DNA of 64,000 nt. Source: Mobula hypostoma. Lineage: Eukaryota. The position numbers were made by a program, and so were the translations under genes. This document shows positions 33,644 through 48,099 of the stretch, in pieces. The stretch is taken from the NCBI RefSeq assembly GCF_963921235.1, contig NC_086097.1, forward strand, positions 159,032,001 to 159,096,000, read 5' to 3'. Numbering within the stretch: position 1 is the first letter of the stretch; the number at the start of each line of letters is the position of its first letter. The notes beneath the pieces were generated by a model. The model searched no databases. It was not told the DNA's origin and saw only the letters and a list, made by a program, of their open reading frames with translations.

Positions 33644-36600
33644 TAAATCACATTTCTTCCCTATTCTGATGTTTAGTCTGAACAACAACTGGATCTCTTA
33701 GCCATGTCTGTCTGCTTTTATGCATTGAATAGCTTCCACATGATTGGCTGATTAGATAGCTGCATTAATAAGCAGCTGTGCAGGTGTACCTAATAAAGTG
33801 GCCACTGAGTGTATATTCTCAATTGATGCTCCCAACTCATCACTGACAAAACATTGTGATTGCTGATCTTCAACATTAGGTATTGTTTGCAAACAATAAA
33901 TTTAGAGAAAGGAGAAACTCAGTAGGAAAAAACAATGGGAAGCTGGTGAATTTTAGAGGATTTATTCTCAGTGAAAGATTGTAGTAGGTAGCAGTGGTTA
34001 TGGGGAACATTCATACAGAAGGTATATATTTTTTTAATGAAGCATAACTTAGAACTTGAATAAAGGTCAGTAAACCAATTGCAATTTCTATATTGAAGTT
34101 TCGTAGTTTTTCTTACAATTATGAAAAAAGGAAGAAAATATACTGGTATTGAAAGTACTTGAAAACTGCAGAGATTCCATCATTAATTGTGAAAATAAAG
34201 CATGGTTAACAATTTAGGTATTGATCTTTATTAAAAAGAAGCATGTACATGAATGCAGAAGCTGGGGCCATAGTACCTCTGGAGTTTAGTTTACTCAAAT
34301 TTTTGTTCCCTTTAGCTGTAATCTTTTTTTTGCTGGAGATACATGCCTAGATATTAGACAAATCCCTACACATTTTTTTCTGCACAATTTGCACAAATTC
34401 ACCATGCGCTTATTAGATCACACTAGCAGTTATTTCTAGGGCAATGAACAGCCACTGAGAAACTAATTTGGGAACTTGCAGTTGCAGTTCATCTCAGCAT
34501 GGCTGTGGCTGACCTTTGCTTGGTATCAGTCACACTCCTAATGATGGAGCGATCACTGCCCCCTTGATCCCAGTGGCTTTGAGCTGCCGTGCTGCACTGA
34601 AACTTACATTAGAATCACTCTACTGACAACTGGTGATGGATATACTGAACTTTATTCACACTCTTAATTAAAAGACAAAGTACAGTTATTGTCAGTAAAC
34701 TGCCCATTAAGCTATGAAATAATCAATCTCAGAGTTATGATATGTAGTGTTCTCTGAAGCCCAGATTTAGGATCTCTCTTTACAAGTGTTGGCCAGAAGC
34801 TTTTGTGCTGATCCGCAGTTCAGTAAAGGGTTGAATCCTCTTTCCAGGTCCCATCTCCTTTCTGTTCATTTCATTCTTTTCAATGAGATGATACTATCAC
34901 TAGTCCAGTCCAGGTCTGTTTGGTTCCAGTCTGTCGTTATGTTTATTTCAGAATCTTAATTACCACCAGTATCAAGGATCAACTTCATTCACCATATACG
35001 TTTAGATGTGTTAGAAATTTGCTGTGGTATGTTGGTGCAACATGTAACAAAAGCAGCATTCAACAATCATAAAGGATAAAAAATTAAATGAAAAATAAAG
35101 GTAGAGGTTAAAGTATGGATAAGGAATAAAATATGTGTAGAAACACAAATATCTGTATGTATTTACAAAGTAAATAGCGTTATAAAAAGTGGTTTAAAGC
35201 GTTTACAATGCAGTGCAGTGACTAGGGTGGGGAGGAGGCTAACTGGGATGATTGATCAGATTAACTGGAGAAAGAAACTTTTAGGATGGTGTGAAGTTTT
35301 TGCTTTAGTAGTCCAACAGCACTTTCCAGAAAGAAGCTTATTCACAGGCTGCATGCTTAGTCACCTGCTCTACTCTCTTAACATCCACAACTGTGTGTCT
35401 AAGCACGGCTCCAATACCATCCATATATTCACTGTTGACACTACTGTTGTTCACCAAGTCATGGGCGCTGATGAGTCAACATAAAAGAGTGAGACAGCAT
35501 GTGGATGATGGGGCCGCAGTAACAACCTTTTGCTCAACATCAACAAAACCATGGAGCTAATTGTTGATTTCAGGAAAGGCAAGTCAGGAGGCAGTTCTGA
35601 TTGGTGAGTTTGAAATGAAAAGTCTAAGTGACTTCAAATTCTTAAGCACTAACATCTCGGATGAGCTGTCCTGAGGCCAGCAGTCATCAAGGAGATGAGC
35701 CTGTGTCCCCTAACAATACCTCAACAATGGAACTCTATGGACCAGCTCCTGCACTATCATTGACTTGTTGTCAATTGTGTCTTTAAATTTTATTTGCACT
35801 CTTGCTTTTGCAGTCTTTTTTTCAAGGTTTAAGTTGATGTATAATTTTCATAATCCTGTACCTCACCATGCTTGTGCACATCTTAATAAATCCACTTGAT
35901 GACAGCTTCTTCAAACAATTTCTGATTCTAAATCCGAAGATCAATCAGTCTTGGAGATACACTCCTATGATTAAGTCATCATCAATCTCCTTGCTTATAC
36001 TTTCTTAGCAATTACTAGAGCTTTAAACTCCATTAACGCACACCTCCAGGTATTGGTGAAGATGGAACACACTGCCTATTTTTCTGATCTGCGATTATTG
36101 TTTCAACCTTCATTCTACCAAAGAACTACCTATGGTACAGGGAGCACACTGTCACATGTGGTTGGACAGACACATGTCTTGTACAACACCAAGAGAGGAT
36201 TATTTCCAGTTTATAGGCTTACTTTTTATTTATGGCTTATTGAAGCAGATACGCTTGCTAGAATGTTATTTTTCCATCCCAAAAGAAACTAATGAATTGC
36301 ATTTCACTCTAGCCAGATAATCAAGATTTAATTATTGAGTAACCAACAGCATGGATGTTTTCCTGAATGTGTTTATTTTCAGTCAGCATTTAATTGCATT
36401 ATCAGTACCACAATGAAGCCATGACAAACACATTCAACTGCGGTGTGAGCTGTTAATAATGAGTTAAAGATGCTTAAAGATTAAAATTCACAGAACTCTT
36501 GGCCTCCTATGGGCTTTGAATCTCGGACTAAGTGCATCAGGCACCTCAAAGCATTGGAGGCATAATGCTAAATGGAGTATCTATAAGAGGCACTGCCTCA

Positions 36601-36719
36601 AGAAAGCAGATGTTCATCATCTGAGCCATTGCCATCTTCTCACAGCTACCACTGGGCAGGAAGTACAGAAGCCTGAAATCCAACACCACCAGGTTCAATA
36701 ACAGCTTCTTCCCTTCAAC

Positions 36720-37130
36720 CTTTGAATAGGTTAGGACTTTACTACCTAGAATGTTTAACATTGAGGGGAGATTTGATAAAAGTATACAAAATTATGAGGG
36801 GTAGAAGTAGGTTTAATGTCAGCAGGCATTTTCCACTGAAGTTGAGAGAGACTACAACGAAAGGTTAAGGTGAAAGGAGAAATGTTTAAGGGGAAAATGA
36901 GAGGAAGCTTCTTCAGTCAGAGGGTGGTGAGAGTGTGGAACAAGCTGCCAGCGCAAGTGATGGATGCGGGGTCAATTTCAATATTTAAGATAAATTTGGA
37001 TAGGTACATGGATGAGATGTGTATGGAGGGTTATGGTCTGGGTGCAGGTCGATGAGACTAGACAAATTAATGGTTCAGCACAAACTCGATGAGCTGAGGG
37101 GCCTATTTCTTTATTGTAGTGTTCTATGAC
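36720..37130 (+). mobile_element. CR1-like LINE 3' fragment
   Basis: RGSFFSQRVVRVWNKLP…; TTCTATGA tail. Confidence 0.8.
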
Positions 37131-38249
37131 TTCATTTGGTCATTGAACCAACTTGTACAGCCCCAGTCACTACCTAAGTATCGCAATATTATGACCACTT
37201 TCACCACTTTACGATAGAGTGCACCATTTTTTTTTATTCTTAGCATATTCTTTGACGTATAATTTTATACAATTTATATCGGTAATTTATGATTTTCTTA
37301 TCAATGTTGTGCGTCTGGTGCTATTTGCCTGCAATGCTGCTGCAGATAGGTTTTCTATTGCATCTGTGCACACATGTACTTGTGCATATGGCAATAAACT
37401 TAACTTTGACTTTGACTGATGCTGGCTGCACAAAATTGTCCCAGTTTCTGGAGGATAAGCAAGCTAAATGTCAATATCCTCTCCAATATCGGTATCTCAC
37501 CCTAATTTCAGGATCAAAGATATTCTTAAATTCTGTTGGAAAAATATAACATCCTCACTGACCCCTGGAATCCCTGGTCTATTCCTCGACCACCCTGACA
37601 ACCTCCAGTCCATGCCTCCACACAGAAACCCACCGAAAGTGGCTGCTCTGGTAAAATCTGCAAAGCCCAACATGTTTTGGCCTCACCAGCTCACCAGTGA
37701 CTGGAATGGGAGTGCAGGAGTGGAGATAAGCCCTCAATCCTAAGTGTCTGCCTGCCAATAAAATTTCAAGGTCGTGGTTCAGCAGTTCGCAGCAGTGTGT
37801 TTGTTGGGGGTGGGGGGGGCGGGTCAAATGAAGTTGAACATTGATAATTGTTTGTATGCTACAAACATTCACAGTATATTGGGATTCTTGTATATTTAGC
37901 ATTGAATTGTTGTTGGACACAGCACATATACAAACCAGGTTTCCAAATCAGCAGTATCTGCTGTAACATGGAAGAGCCTCAACCTTAGTTTTGTGGTGTA
38001 AGCACTTCTTATTAATACAAAGAAGTTGATGGAATCAGTGCAACTAAATATATATCTTGTCTTTGTGCAAGCTAAGTACCATCCATCACTTCATATACAT
38101 AATATACGTATCTCCTCATCTATTTGTCAAGTTCCAGTGATCAGTGCTGCTTCTGCTGGCTCCTCACTTTCAAATCCCGAGGAAAGTTTCCTTCTTGTTC
38201 CAGTCTCCAATTTGGAGCGGCAGCAGCAGCGGCGTTCGAGGTGGGATGG

Positions 38250-38485
38250 TGTGGGAGTGCAGCGATTAGTGTAGTTCTGTTACAGCGGGAGTGACACAGG
38301 TTCAATTCCTGCTGCTGCCTGCAAGGAGTTTGTACGTTCTCCCCATGACCACGTGGTTTCTTCCAGAGTCCTTCCACATTCCAATGATGTACCGTTCGGC
38401 AGGTTAATTGGTCATGTGAGTGTAATCGGACAGCGAGGGCTGATTGGCCTGGAAGGATGTGTCACTGTGCTGTGTCTCTAAATAA
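38250..38485 (+). mobile_element. tRNA-derived V-SINE (HE1-like)
   Basis: B-box-like GGTTCAATTCC followed by V-domain GGAGTTTGTACGTTCTCCCC…; A-rich tail. Confidence 0.7.
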
Positions 38486-38526
38486 AATTATAATTTTATT
38501 TATAAATTATATAATTTTATTTACTA

Positions 38527-39082
38527 CGGGAGGAGAAGATGGCGACGTGCCTGCATGTGCGCAGCCCTCCGGTGAAAAATGATATCGTATCTGTTAAATA
38601 GGGGGCTGTGGACAATTCTGATTTGATGGACAATGGACGTGAAAGCACAGAGGAACATCTGGAGAAATTTCTGAAACGCCCGTTCGCTGCTGTGGTTACT
38701 GTGTGGTCGGGAATCTTTCGGAGAGTAGGCCTCAAAATCCCCAGCCTTTCCTGCTTTTGGCGACCGAGAAGGAGGTTGAATCGTTCGGACAGAGTACTCG
38801 GTGTTGGAGAGCTGATCAGAGCTCGAAGTTTTCGGATGACTCAGAGTCGGATTGTGGTCGGCACGGCAGGGAGAGTTTTTCTTCCTTCTCCCGTCTGCGT
38901 GAGTTGTGGGACATTTGAGAAACTTTGAACTTTACTGTGCTCACGGACTTCTTCACCAAGTTGTGGTATTGTTACACTGTTTGTAACTATATGTTATAAT
39001 TATCACTTCTTAATGCATGCATTACTAAATGACAATAAAAGAGGACTACGTGTCTTCATAATCTAATCTAATCTAATCTAAT
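38527..39082 (+). mobile_element. Same non-autonomous family (related subfamily)
   Basis: CGGGAGGAGAAGATGGCG…GACAATAAAAGAGGACT…(AATCT)n. Confidence 0.85.
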
Positions 39083-40949
39083 GGAAAGTGTGGAACTCTT
39101 TAGTAGCATGTTAGCTGAACAGCAATGGGATAAGTACATCGTAGGAGCTGGAGACTAAAATATTCTCATACAGTATATTGTTTAGGTATTCTTTGCCAAG
39201 GGTCAAATATTGATAAGGATTTGATTCATATTGTCAAATGAACCACCACTAGATCTACTGATTGTTTGGTTTCTGTAGATAGGGGGCATGAACAAAAATT
39301 TGTATTTCATTGTGAGTGTGCTGAAAATAGGATGACGTAGCATTTGTATGTTTCATCCAGCAGTCACTGATAAAGACTTCATGGTATAAGTTGTGCAACT
39401 TTTCCTCATTGACTTCAATTCATCCATGAAGATCATTTGGCTCTGAAATTAAATAGCATCAGTTATGCCTGCTTGGCAGGAATTTGTTAAAGGTTAATAT
39501 GTAAGGTCAGCAACTAATTCGGAAATCCAACTGAATGTTATTGTTTATTGCTGGGAAATTGAACACAGAAGCAAAAATGTTATGGTTCAGTTGCAAAGAC
39601 CATTGATTAAATTACGATTGAAGTTCCGCATACGGCGTTGGTCTCTTGTTTAAGCAAGGATGTTAAGGAAGAAATTCAGAGATTCACTAAATTAATAACT
39701 GAAATGGATGTTATATCATATAAGGGAAAATTAGACAGTATCCCCTGGAGTTTAGAAAAGGAAACATGATCGAAACATAATGCATCTTGGTGTGGATGTG
39801 GAGGAGATGTTTACCTACATGAAATGACCTTGAACTTTGGGTCATAGTTTAAATTTAAATTTTTGTCCATTTAAAACAAGGATAAAGTAAAATACTAATT
39901 CTCAGAGCAGCATAATTCATAGGAACTCCTTTCCTCAAAAGATGCTCCAGCCTAATTTTAGTTGAAAGATTTTGAAAAATCAAGGGGTTGAAATGTTGGC
40001 ATTGACAGGTAAGTCTCTCAAGTTGAAGATACAATAAAATCAGCTATGATCTTAATTAAATGGCAGAGAGGCAAGCAGCTTACTGCTGCTTCTGATACAC
40101 ATGAAGATCCACCAGTCACCTGAATTTTGACTCAGTGACCCAATTTGCCCCACCCGACATTTACACAACAGCTTCACATTATTTATGTCTCGACCCTGCA
40201 GCCTTACCAAGCAGCAGTACTCAAACAGAATCTTCACTGATAAAGAGTTCATGGTATAGGTTGTGCAACTTTTCCCCATTTTTGTTGTGTGCCAACTCGC
40301 CCTCCCCGTCACCACCATGATGATGTTGGTGTCAGCAGTCACTTCGTGGAGCCCTCGTACTGAAACTAAAATCTCAGAGGGAAGGTAATATTTTGCTTCT
40401 TCGGTATTTGTCAATAAAAGGTAGACATATAATTTTAGTACTGGTGTGAACTGTTTGCAAAGTGCAGTGTTGTACTTACAGTCTGTTTATGACTGACACA
40501 GTCCTAATAATATAATAGAAAGCTAATAAAACTGCAGATGCTGCAATCCGAGAAAGGGTTGCTGAACTGAACTATTAACAGGTTACACTCTGCATGGCTG
40601 CTCTATGCCTGTGTTTATGTAGAGATACAGCACAGTAACGGGCCTTCTGGCCTAATGAGCCTCCACCACCCTATTACACTCATGTGACCAATTAACCTAC
40701 TAACCTGTATGTGGAAGGAAACTGGAGCGTCCAGAGGAAACTCATTACTGACAGCAGTGTAATTGAACCCCAGTTCTCGGGCTATAATAGTGTTACACTA
40801 ATCATTACATTACCATACATAATCTACAAACCATTGTGCATCATGTCAAATCAAAAGCAAGATTCAAAGACCTGTCAACAGTTGACTAAACAGTACACTA
40901 AATTTCCCCAGGAGCAATATACTGTATTGCCTTATGAACTCACCTAATT

Positions 40950-42274
40950 TGTTGATACAGAAAATTGGAGGGTCGCCTGTGTTCAATGAATTTATAAGAA
41001 ATAAATGCCACTTCTCTCTGTAAGGTTCAAAAGTATGGTAGATTTTCAACAGACTAAACTAAAATGCAAACAAGCATTCTAGGTAAGTCAGGGCAATGAT
41101 AATAGAGAAGCACAAATCTGAGAAAGGGTACAAGACCATCTCAGAGTCACTGAACATACCTCGGAGCTCAGTGCAGTGCATCATGAAAAAGTTAAAAAAA
41201 TATGAAACAACAGGCCACCCTTCTGAACTTAGTCACTGAAGAAGAAAGGCATTTGTAAAAGAGGCTATGGTGATGCCAACATTCACTCTGAGTGAGTTGC
41301 TGAAGACGGTGGATGCAACTGAAGATGAAGTTCATGGCTCCACAATTCTAAGGCCTTGCACAAAAAGGGTTTTTGTGGAAGAGTGACAAGGAATGAAGTC
41401 CTGACTATAAAAAAAGCATATTCTTGCCCATAAAGACTTTGCAAAACATCACTTAGAAGATACTGTAAAGATGTGGAAGAAGCTCTTGAGTCTGAGTGAG
41501 ACTAAAATGGAATTTTTGGCCTCTGCGGTAAGAAGTACGTATGGCATAAATTAGTTACTGCGCATCAGCCACATAACATCATCCCCACTGTAAAGTATGG
41601 TGGAGATAGCATCATGCTATGAGGATGCTTTTCAGCAACAGGGACTAGAAATTTGGTCAGATTGATGGGAAAATGAATGCTGCTAAATCCAGAGAGGTGC
41701 CGGATAAAAACCTACTAGCCTCTGACAGAATGCTTAAACTGGGGAGGAAGATTGTCTTTCAGTAGGACAATGACCCGAATCACACTACCAATACACCCAT
41801 AGAAAGGTTCCAAATAAAAATAATTGATGTCCTTGAGTGGCCCAGTCAGAGTCCTGACCTTAATCCAATTGAACGTCTCTGGCAAGACCTCAAGATTGCT
41901 GTCCAGTGCCACTCTCCAACAAGCCAGGCACAGCTTAAGCAATTTTGCAGGGAGGAATGGGCAAATCTTGCTCCATCACATTGTGCAAAGCTAATAGAAA
42001 CTAACCCAAAAAGACAACTTGCTGTAATAGCTGTGAGAGGTGGTTCAATGAGCCAAGGGGGATGGATATTTCTGAACTGCCGACATATCAGTTACTGAAT
42101 TTTTAGTTTTTCATGCTTTACAATTTTCTCTTTTTTTGGGCTTTACTGTGAAAAAAGGAAGATGTGATTCACAAATTTAAAAAAAATCTCAGTTAAATTG
42201 ATCAAAATCCCTGGTTGTAATACTCATTTATATGAACAAAGGGTTGGGGGGCTGAATACTTATACAAGGCACTG
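40950..42274 (+). mobile_element. Tc1-like transposon with decayed transposase
   Basis: IIEKHKSEKGYKTIS…, [35 protein letters not shown]; right end …GGCACTG|TA. Confidence 0.85.
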
Positions 42275-43189
42275 TAAATGACAAACATTTCCACTAAAAC
42301 CCACTACCATTGAGGATGATAAGAAGCAATGTGTAGAAATGATATTTTGTCACACGAAAAGGAGACTCCCACCCACCCCAACCCTTTTGTAGAACAGTGT
42401 CTACTCTATTTGTGATTTAATTTAGACTTTTACAGCTCTGAAGGAGCCCCTATAGCCCATTATTCCCATATTAAATGTTGTTTTTAAAAGATAAGTAATT
42501 TGCCCCATTCTATCTCTCATTCCTTCCCCCAAATGCTAATTTGTCATGTCTAAGTAAAATCTTTGGAAGATACTACTGAATCCGCCTTCACTACCTTTAT
42601 AGGCAGTACACAGAAATAACTGGATGAACTATAAACTCTCCTCATGTCACTTGATTTAACAACCATTATTTTTCAATGGGACCACTTCACATAATATATC
42701 GCATTATTAAACACTTGGAAAGAGATTCTTTTGTGGTGATAATGGTCTTTCAAACTGACTTGTATATATGCCCTCGTTGAAAACCAGCAAAATGTGATGA
42801 ACAGCTCCAAAAATAAGTGCTGACACACACCCCCAGTAGGAGCTCAGAGTTTGAAAGGTAAAGACTGCGAACATCGTCCTCACAGAACTACATGCAGACA
42901 ATGAGTCTGTCCAAATGTAATGGAAAAGTCTTGCCTTATCAAAATATTGTTACTATCAAACTATCCTTATGACTATGATTACTTTTATTACGGTGTAGAA
43001 AAGTGGTTTGCAGATATCAGAGATTTAGAGATTACTCAGAGGAGCTAAAAGTGCCAAGTTTTCTTTTCTCTTAATTTCAATGTGGCACACCTCCTCATTC
43101 CTAACCAGATTCTTGAAACCTGAGTTGATGTATTTTTCACCATTTGTGAATGCATTTTTATTTAATGTGGCACAGGACTGTTGGGAACA

Positions 43190-43508
43190 GCATGGTTGCG
43201 GGGTATTTAATGCTTTTCATTGTCAGCTGTAAGATCAGGGTTCAATTCCTACCACTGTAAGGAGCTTGTAAGCTCCCCCTAGGAATTGGTGTGTTTCCCT
43301 CAGATGCTGCAGTTTCCTCCTCCATTCCAAAGACATACAGGTTAGGGTTAGCAAATTGTGGGCATGCTATGTTCGCGCTGGAAAAATGGCAACACATGCA
43401 GGCTACCCCCAGCATAACTTGTAATGTGTTGGTCGTTGATGCAAATACATTTCACTGTATATTTCTTGCTTCAATTTATAGGTGACAAATAATCTCTTTT
43501 ATCTCTTA
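43190..43508 (+). mobile_element. tRNA-derived V-SINE-like element
   Basis: GGGTTCAATTCC B-box, V-like core and …GTGACAAATAA tail. Confidence 0.6.
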
Positions 43509-43837
43509 CAACTCGTTATGATCCGAACTCCAACCAGATTTACATGCTCGTCCTGGAAATTCCACACCTGCACTGACAGGATATCGAATGAACAGCAGTT
43601 GCTACTTTTGCTTCCTTTCCATATTAACAAGAAAGCCTGTGCAACAACGCCCAACAAAAAAAAATCACAAACACGAGAAAATCCGCAGATGCTGGAAGGT
43701 TTTGGTTGTGGTTACGGATACGGACCCGGCAACCTGCCTGTGTCGTAGGGGCGCTGTACCAGTTGCCTCCATCTTTCATGCTTGTGAGTGAGTGCTGCGT
43801 TGTGGCAAAGCTGACTTTGGTCCACTCTGCAATAATG

Positions 43838-45380
43838 TCAGAATCAGAATCAGGTTTATTATCACCGGCTTGTGACGTGAACTTTGTTAACTTAGCTGCA
43901 GTAGTTCAATGCAATACATAATCTAGCAGAGAGAGAGAGAAAAAAAAATAATAATAAATAAAATAAAAGCATAATAATAAATAAACAAGTAAATCAATTA
44001 CATATATTGAATAGATTTTTAAAAATTGGAGGAAGGGAAGATGGCGGCGCGATGCAGCTCACAGCGCCCACTCCAGTGGTGATGTCTGTTATTTGTCAAG
44101 TAGCGTGCCGTGCACAATCCTGATTTGATGGAGACGGACGTGAGAGCAAGGAGGAACATCAGGTGAAACTTCTGAAATGCCTGCTTCGCTGCTGCTGCTG
44201 CTACTGTGCGGTCCAGAATCTCCAGAGGAGAAGGCCCTCAGTCCTCGGTTTTGCTTGTTGCTCGGTGGCCAGGGTGGGGTCAAAGCACTCGGCAGAGGAT
44301 GGTGCTCGGAGAGGCTGCGTCAGAGGGGCTGGAGGCTTGAAGTTTTTGGACGGACTCAGAGTCCGCTGTGGTGGGGTACTTCCAATGGTGCTGCATCGGC
44401 AAGTTGGCGGCGCTTGGAGGTTCATGGCGGGAAGAGTTTTTCCCTTCTGCTGCCTGCGTGGGATGATGAGTCTATCAGGACTTTGAGACTTTTTTTTTTA
44501 CCGTGCCCATGGTCTGCTCTTTATCAAATTATGGTATTGTTTTGCACTGTTGTAACTATATGTTATAATTATGTGGTTTGTCAGTTTTAGTCTTGGTTTG
44601 TCTTTTGTTTTCTTGTGATATCATTCTGGAGGAACGCTGTATCATTTTTTAATGCATGCGTTTCTAAATGACAATAAACGAAAACTGAACTGAACTGAAA
44701 AATGTGCAAAAACAGAAATACTATATATTGAAAAAAGTGAGGTAGTGACCAAAGCTTCAATGTCCATTTAGGAATCGGACAACAGAGAGGAAGAAGCTGT
44801 TCCTGAATCACTGAGTGGGTGCCTTCAGGATTCTGTATCTCTTACTGGATGGTAACAGTGAGAAAAGGGCATGCCTTGGATGCTGGAGGTCTTTAATAAT
44901 AGATGCTGCCTTTCTGAGACACTGCTCCCTAAAGATGTCCTGGGTACTTTGTAGGCTAGTGCCCAAGATGGAGCAGACTAGATTTGCAACCTTCTGCAGC
45001 TTCTTTCAGTCCTGTGCAGTAGCTCTCCATACCAGGCAGTGATGCAGCCTGTCAGAATGCTCTCAATGGTACAACTATAGAAGTTTTTGAGTGTATTTGT
45101 TGACATGCCAAATCTCTTCAAACTCTTAATAAAGTATAACCTTTGTCTTGCTTTCTTTATGATTACATCGATATGTTGGGACCAGGTTAGATCCTCAGAG
45201 ATCTTGACACCGAGGAACTTGAAGCTGCTCTCTCTCTCCAGTTCTGATCCTTCTATGAGGATTGGTATGTGCTCCTTCATCTTACCCCTCCTGAAGTCCA
45301 CAATCAGCTCTTCTGTCTTACTGACGTTGAGTGCCAGGTTGTTGCTGCGGCACCATTCCACTAGTTGGCATATCGTCTGC
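43838..45380 (-). mobile_element. Rex1/Babar-like LINE 3' portion
   Basis: Minus-strand LVEWCRSNNLALNVSKTEELIVDFRR…FKFLGV…IESILTGCITAWYG; (GATTCT)n tail. Confidence 0.85.
44027..44698 (+). mobile_element. Same non-autonomous family with (AACTG)n tail, inserted in a Rex-like LINE
   Basis: GGAAGATGGCGG…GACAATAAACGAAAACTGAACTGAACTG; possible AAAAAT TSD. Confidence 0.85.
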
Positions 45381-45604
45381 CTATTTTTTCTTCCATCTGC
45401 CTCTTTTTCATTTCCCCTGCACTGATCCCTGAGGAATGGTCTTTGAGAGTTCACTTGATCTTCTTATGTGGCCATACTGTCTCAGTTTCTTCCTCTTTAC
45501 TTTCGACAGTAGATCTTCGTAGTGTCTCATGACCTGGGTGATGGTTCTTCGTACTTCTTCATTTGAGACATGATCTGTATAGGAGATGCCGAGGAGCTAT
45601 CTAA

Positions 45605-46145
45605 ATATAGAACATAGAACGTAGAAATCTACAGAACATTACAGGCCCTTTGGCCCACAATGTTGTGCTGACCATGCAACTTACTCTAGAAACTGCCTAG
45701 AATTTCCCAAGCATGTTGCTTTCTATTTTTCTAAACTCCATGTACCTATCTAAGATGCTCTTAAAAAAATCCCTATTGTATCTGCTTCCACCACCGCTGA
45801 CGGCAGTGCATTCCATGCACCCACCACTCTCTGTGTGAGAAACCTACCCCTGATCTCCCCTCGGTACCTATTTCCAAGCACCTTAAAACTATGCCCTCTT
45901 GTGTTAGCTATTTCAGCCCTAGGAAAAAGCCTTTGGCTATCCACACGATCAATTCCCCTCATCATCTTATACACCTCTATCAGGTCACCTCTCATTCTCC
46001 GTCGTGACAAGGAGAAAAGGCCAAGTTCAGTCAACCTATTCTCATGAGACATGCTCTACAATCGAGGCAACATCCTTGTAAATCTCCTCTGCACTCTGTC
46101 TATAGTATCCACATCCTTCCTGTAGTCAGGTGACCAGAACTGAAC
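45605..46145 (-). mobile_element. CR1-like LINE 3' fragment inserted in an RTE-like remnant
   Basis: LFSLSRRRMRGDLIEVYK…FLTQRVVGAWNALP; TTCTATG tail. The flanking minus-strand IFLYVCKSWTLTAEMQKNIQVVEMKCFR is RTE-like. Confidence 0.8.
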
Positions 46146-46289
46146 ATAGTCTGAAGCATTTCATTTCTACCACCTGGATATTCTTTTGCATCTCTGCTGT
46201 CAAAGTCCATGATTTGCACACATACAAAAAGATGGAGAGTTTCAACCTGACAGCGATGTTACTGTCTCGCCAGTTTAGTTCAGCCAGCA

Positions 46290-46407
46290 CTATTGTTGAA
46301 ATCCATGGCAAAGCATACAAAATGCTGGAGGAACTCAGCAGATCAGACGGCATCTGTGGAAATGAATAAACAGTCGACATTCTGGCCCGAGAACCTTCAT
46401 CAGGACT
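46290..46407 (-). mobile_element. Older PLE pLTR/HHR relic
   Basis: Reverse complement reads AGTC-CTGATGA-AGGTTCTCGGGCCA-GAATGTC-GACTG…GATGCCGTCTGATCTGCTGAGTTCCTCCAGCAT. Confidence 0.7.
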
Positions 46408-48099
46408 TTCAAGTGGCAATATGGGTACCAGCTCTGTTGGCAGCAGTGTTCTCCAGTGAGTCAGAAGGTTATGGATTCAGGTACTTCTCCAGGCATTTCA
46501 GCATAAAAGTATGCAACACAGCAATGCACTGCAGAGGGAATGCTGCACTGTTGGAGGTGCCATCTTTCAGATAACATTTAATTGCAATTTCATCTGTTCT
46601 CCCAAATGGCTATGAACAGTTCGATGTTGTAGCTCTCAAGAAGATTGGAGGATTTATCCCCATGATCTTCGCCAAATTTTATTTCCCACTAACACATCTA
46701 AATGCCTGAGTATTATTTCTGTTTGCTTGTGAAGGCTTGCTGTGCATAAATTGGCTGCCAGTTTTCCTATGTTATTAACAGCAATCAGTTTTTAAATCCT
46801 CTCAATAAAACTCTTTGAGAAGTTATGACTAGCATTAAATGCAATAATTCAGAAGGAATGGCTAATTTAGTTCAGTGGAGAAGGTAGATGCCTTAACTGT
46901 GTGGAGGAACAGAGTGCTCTTGGGGTCCACATCCGTACATTCCTCAAAGTTGCCGCAAAATTTGTTGAGAAGGCGTATAGTGTGTTGACCTTCACTATTC
47001 AGGGGCTTGAGTTCATGAGCTGTGAGGTAATGTTTCAGCTCTATAAAACCCTTGTGAGACCACACCTGAAATATTGCATTCAGTTCTGGTCACCACATTG
47101 TGGGAAAAATGTGGAAGTTTTAGAGAGGGTGCAGAGGACTCATGCTTGTAAGATGTTGGAAAAGATTTGTAGCTCGGTCTGAGAATGCAGTTGTTCAGTA
47201 GCTTTCTGAGTTGGCTTGTTAGCTTGGTGAAACATCTGAAGGCTAACAAGTCACCTCAGCGAGCCACTCAACAACAACATTTATGCTTGTGTTAAACATA
47301 GAAATTCTTCGTACAGAAACACTGAGTGTTCATACACTGATATTAATTTGAATTCTAGAGTTAGCTGGTATCTATGAAGCATATTGAAAGAATTAAGAAT
47401 AAATGGAGTTGAATGTTGGAAGGCATGTTGCCCGTGACTTTGCAACTCTGTGTTTATTCTTATATCTGAGTTCTAACTCAAGAATCTGGCTAAGCTTAGA
47501 GAATCCGGAGAGGCAACATGCAAAGGATTTAAGTGTGCACAATCAAAGCTACATACTAAATTTTGAATGTTCTCAATTGTGATGTTATGATGATGGGATT
47601 GATCAATGGGTTAAAATGTTAAAAACCACAGAATGGTTCTCACAAAACTGAGTGGAGTCATTCAATTTGAAACCAGCTTTCTCAATGATGGAATCCTCTC
47701 TTGTCTCAGGCAAAGTCAGAAACTGTTTGCAGATTAGCCTGCAGGTACTTGAAGATTTCAATTTTCCAGTTGGACAAATCTTCGTGTCCCCTCCTTTTAC
47801 TAGATTTCCTGCAGCATTCTGATTTACTTCTCAATGTAATGTAAATATCAGTTAGCTGCCCAATCCCATCTATTTCAGTGTCCTTCCTGCTGTAACTTCA
47901 TACTCTCAGAAATGACAGCCACTCAGAACAATTCAAAGGAAAATAAAACTGTTATTCATTGTAATATGGGATAATTAACCTGAAAAGAGAATTTTCTGCA
48001 TTCCTTACCTGTCAATAGCCAAATGTAATTTTACAGTGAACAGTAATTTTGTGGGTGTTGCTTTGGATTCTTAGCATCAACAGATTTTCTTGTGTTTGT

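Larger units (their letters stand above)
32127..33811 (-). mobile_element. Second copy of the Tc1 derivative (hosts a mariner MITE and a retroelement)
   Basis: Same terminus and GARQSGLGISETADLLGFS peptide as 18362-18901. Confidence 0.8.

Noticed and set aside
38250..38320. tRNA gene
   Set aside because: A B-box is present but there is no cloverleaf; it is the head of a V-SINE.
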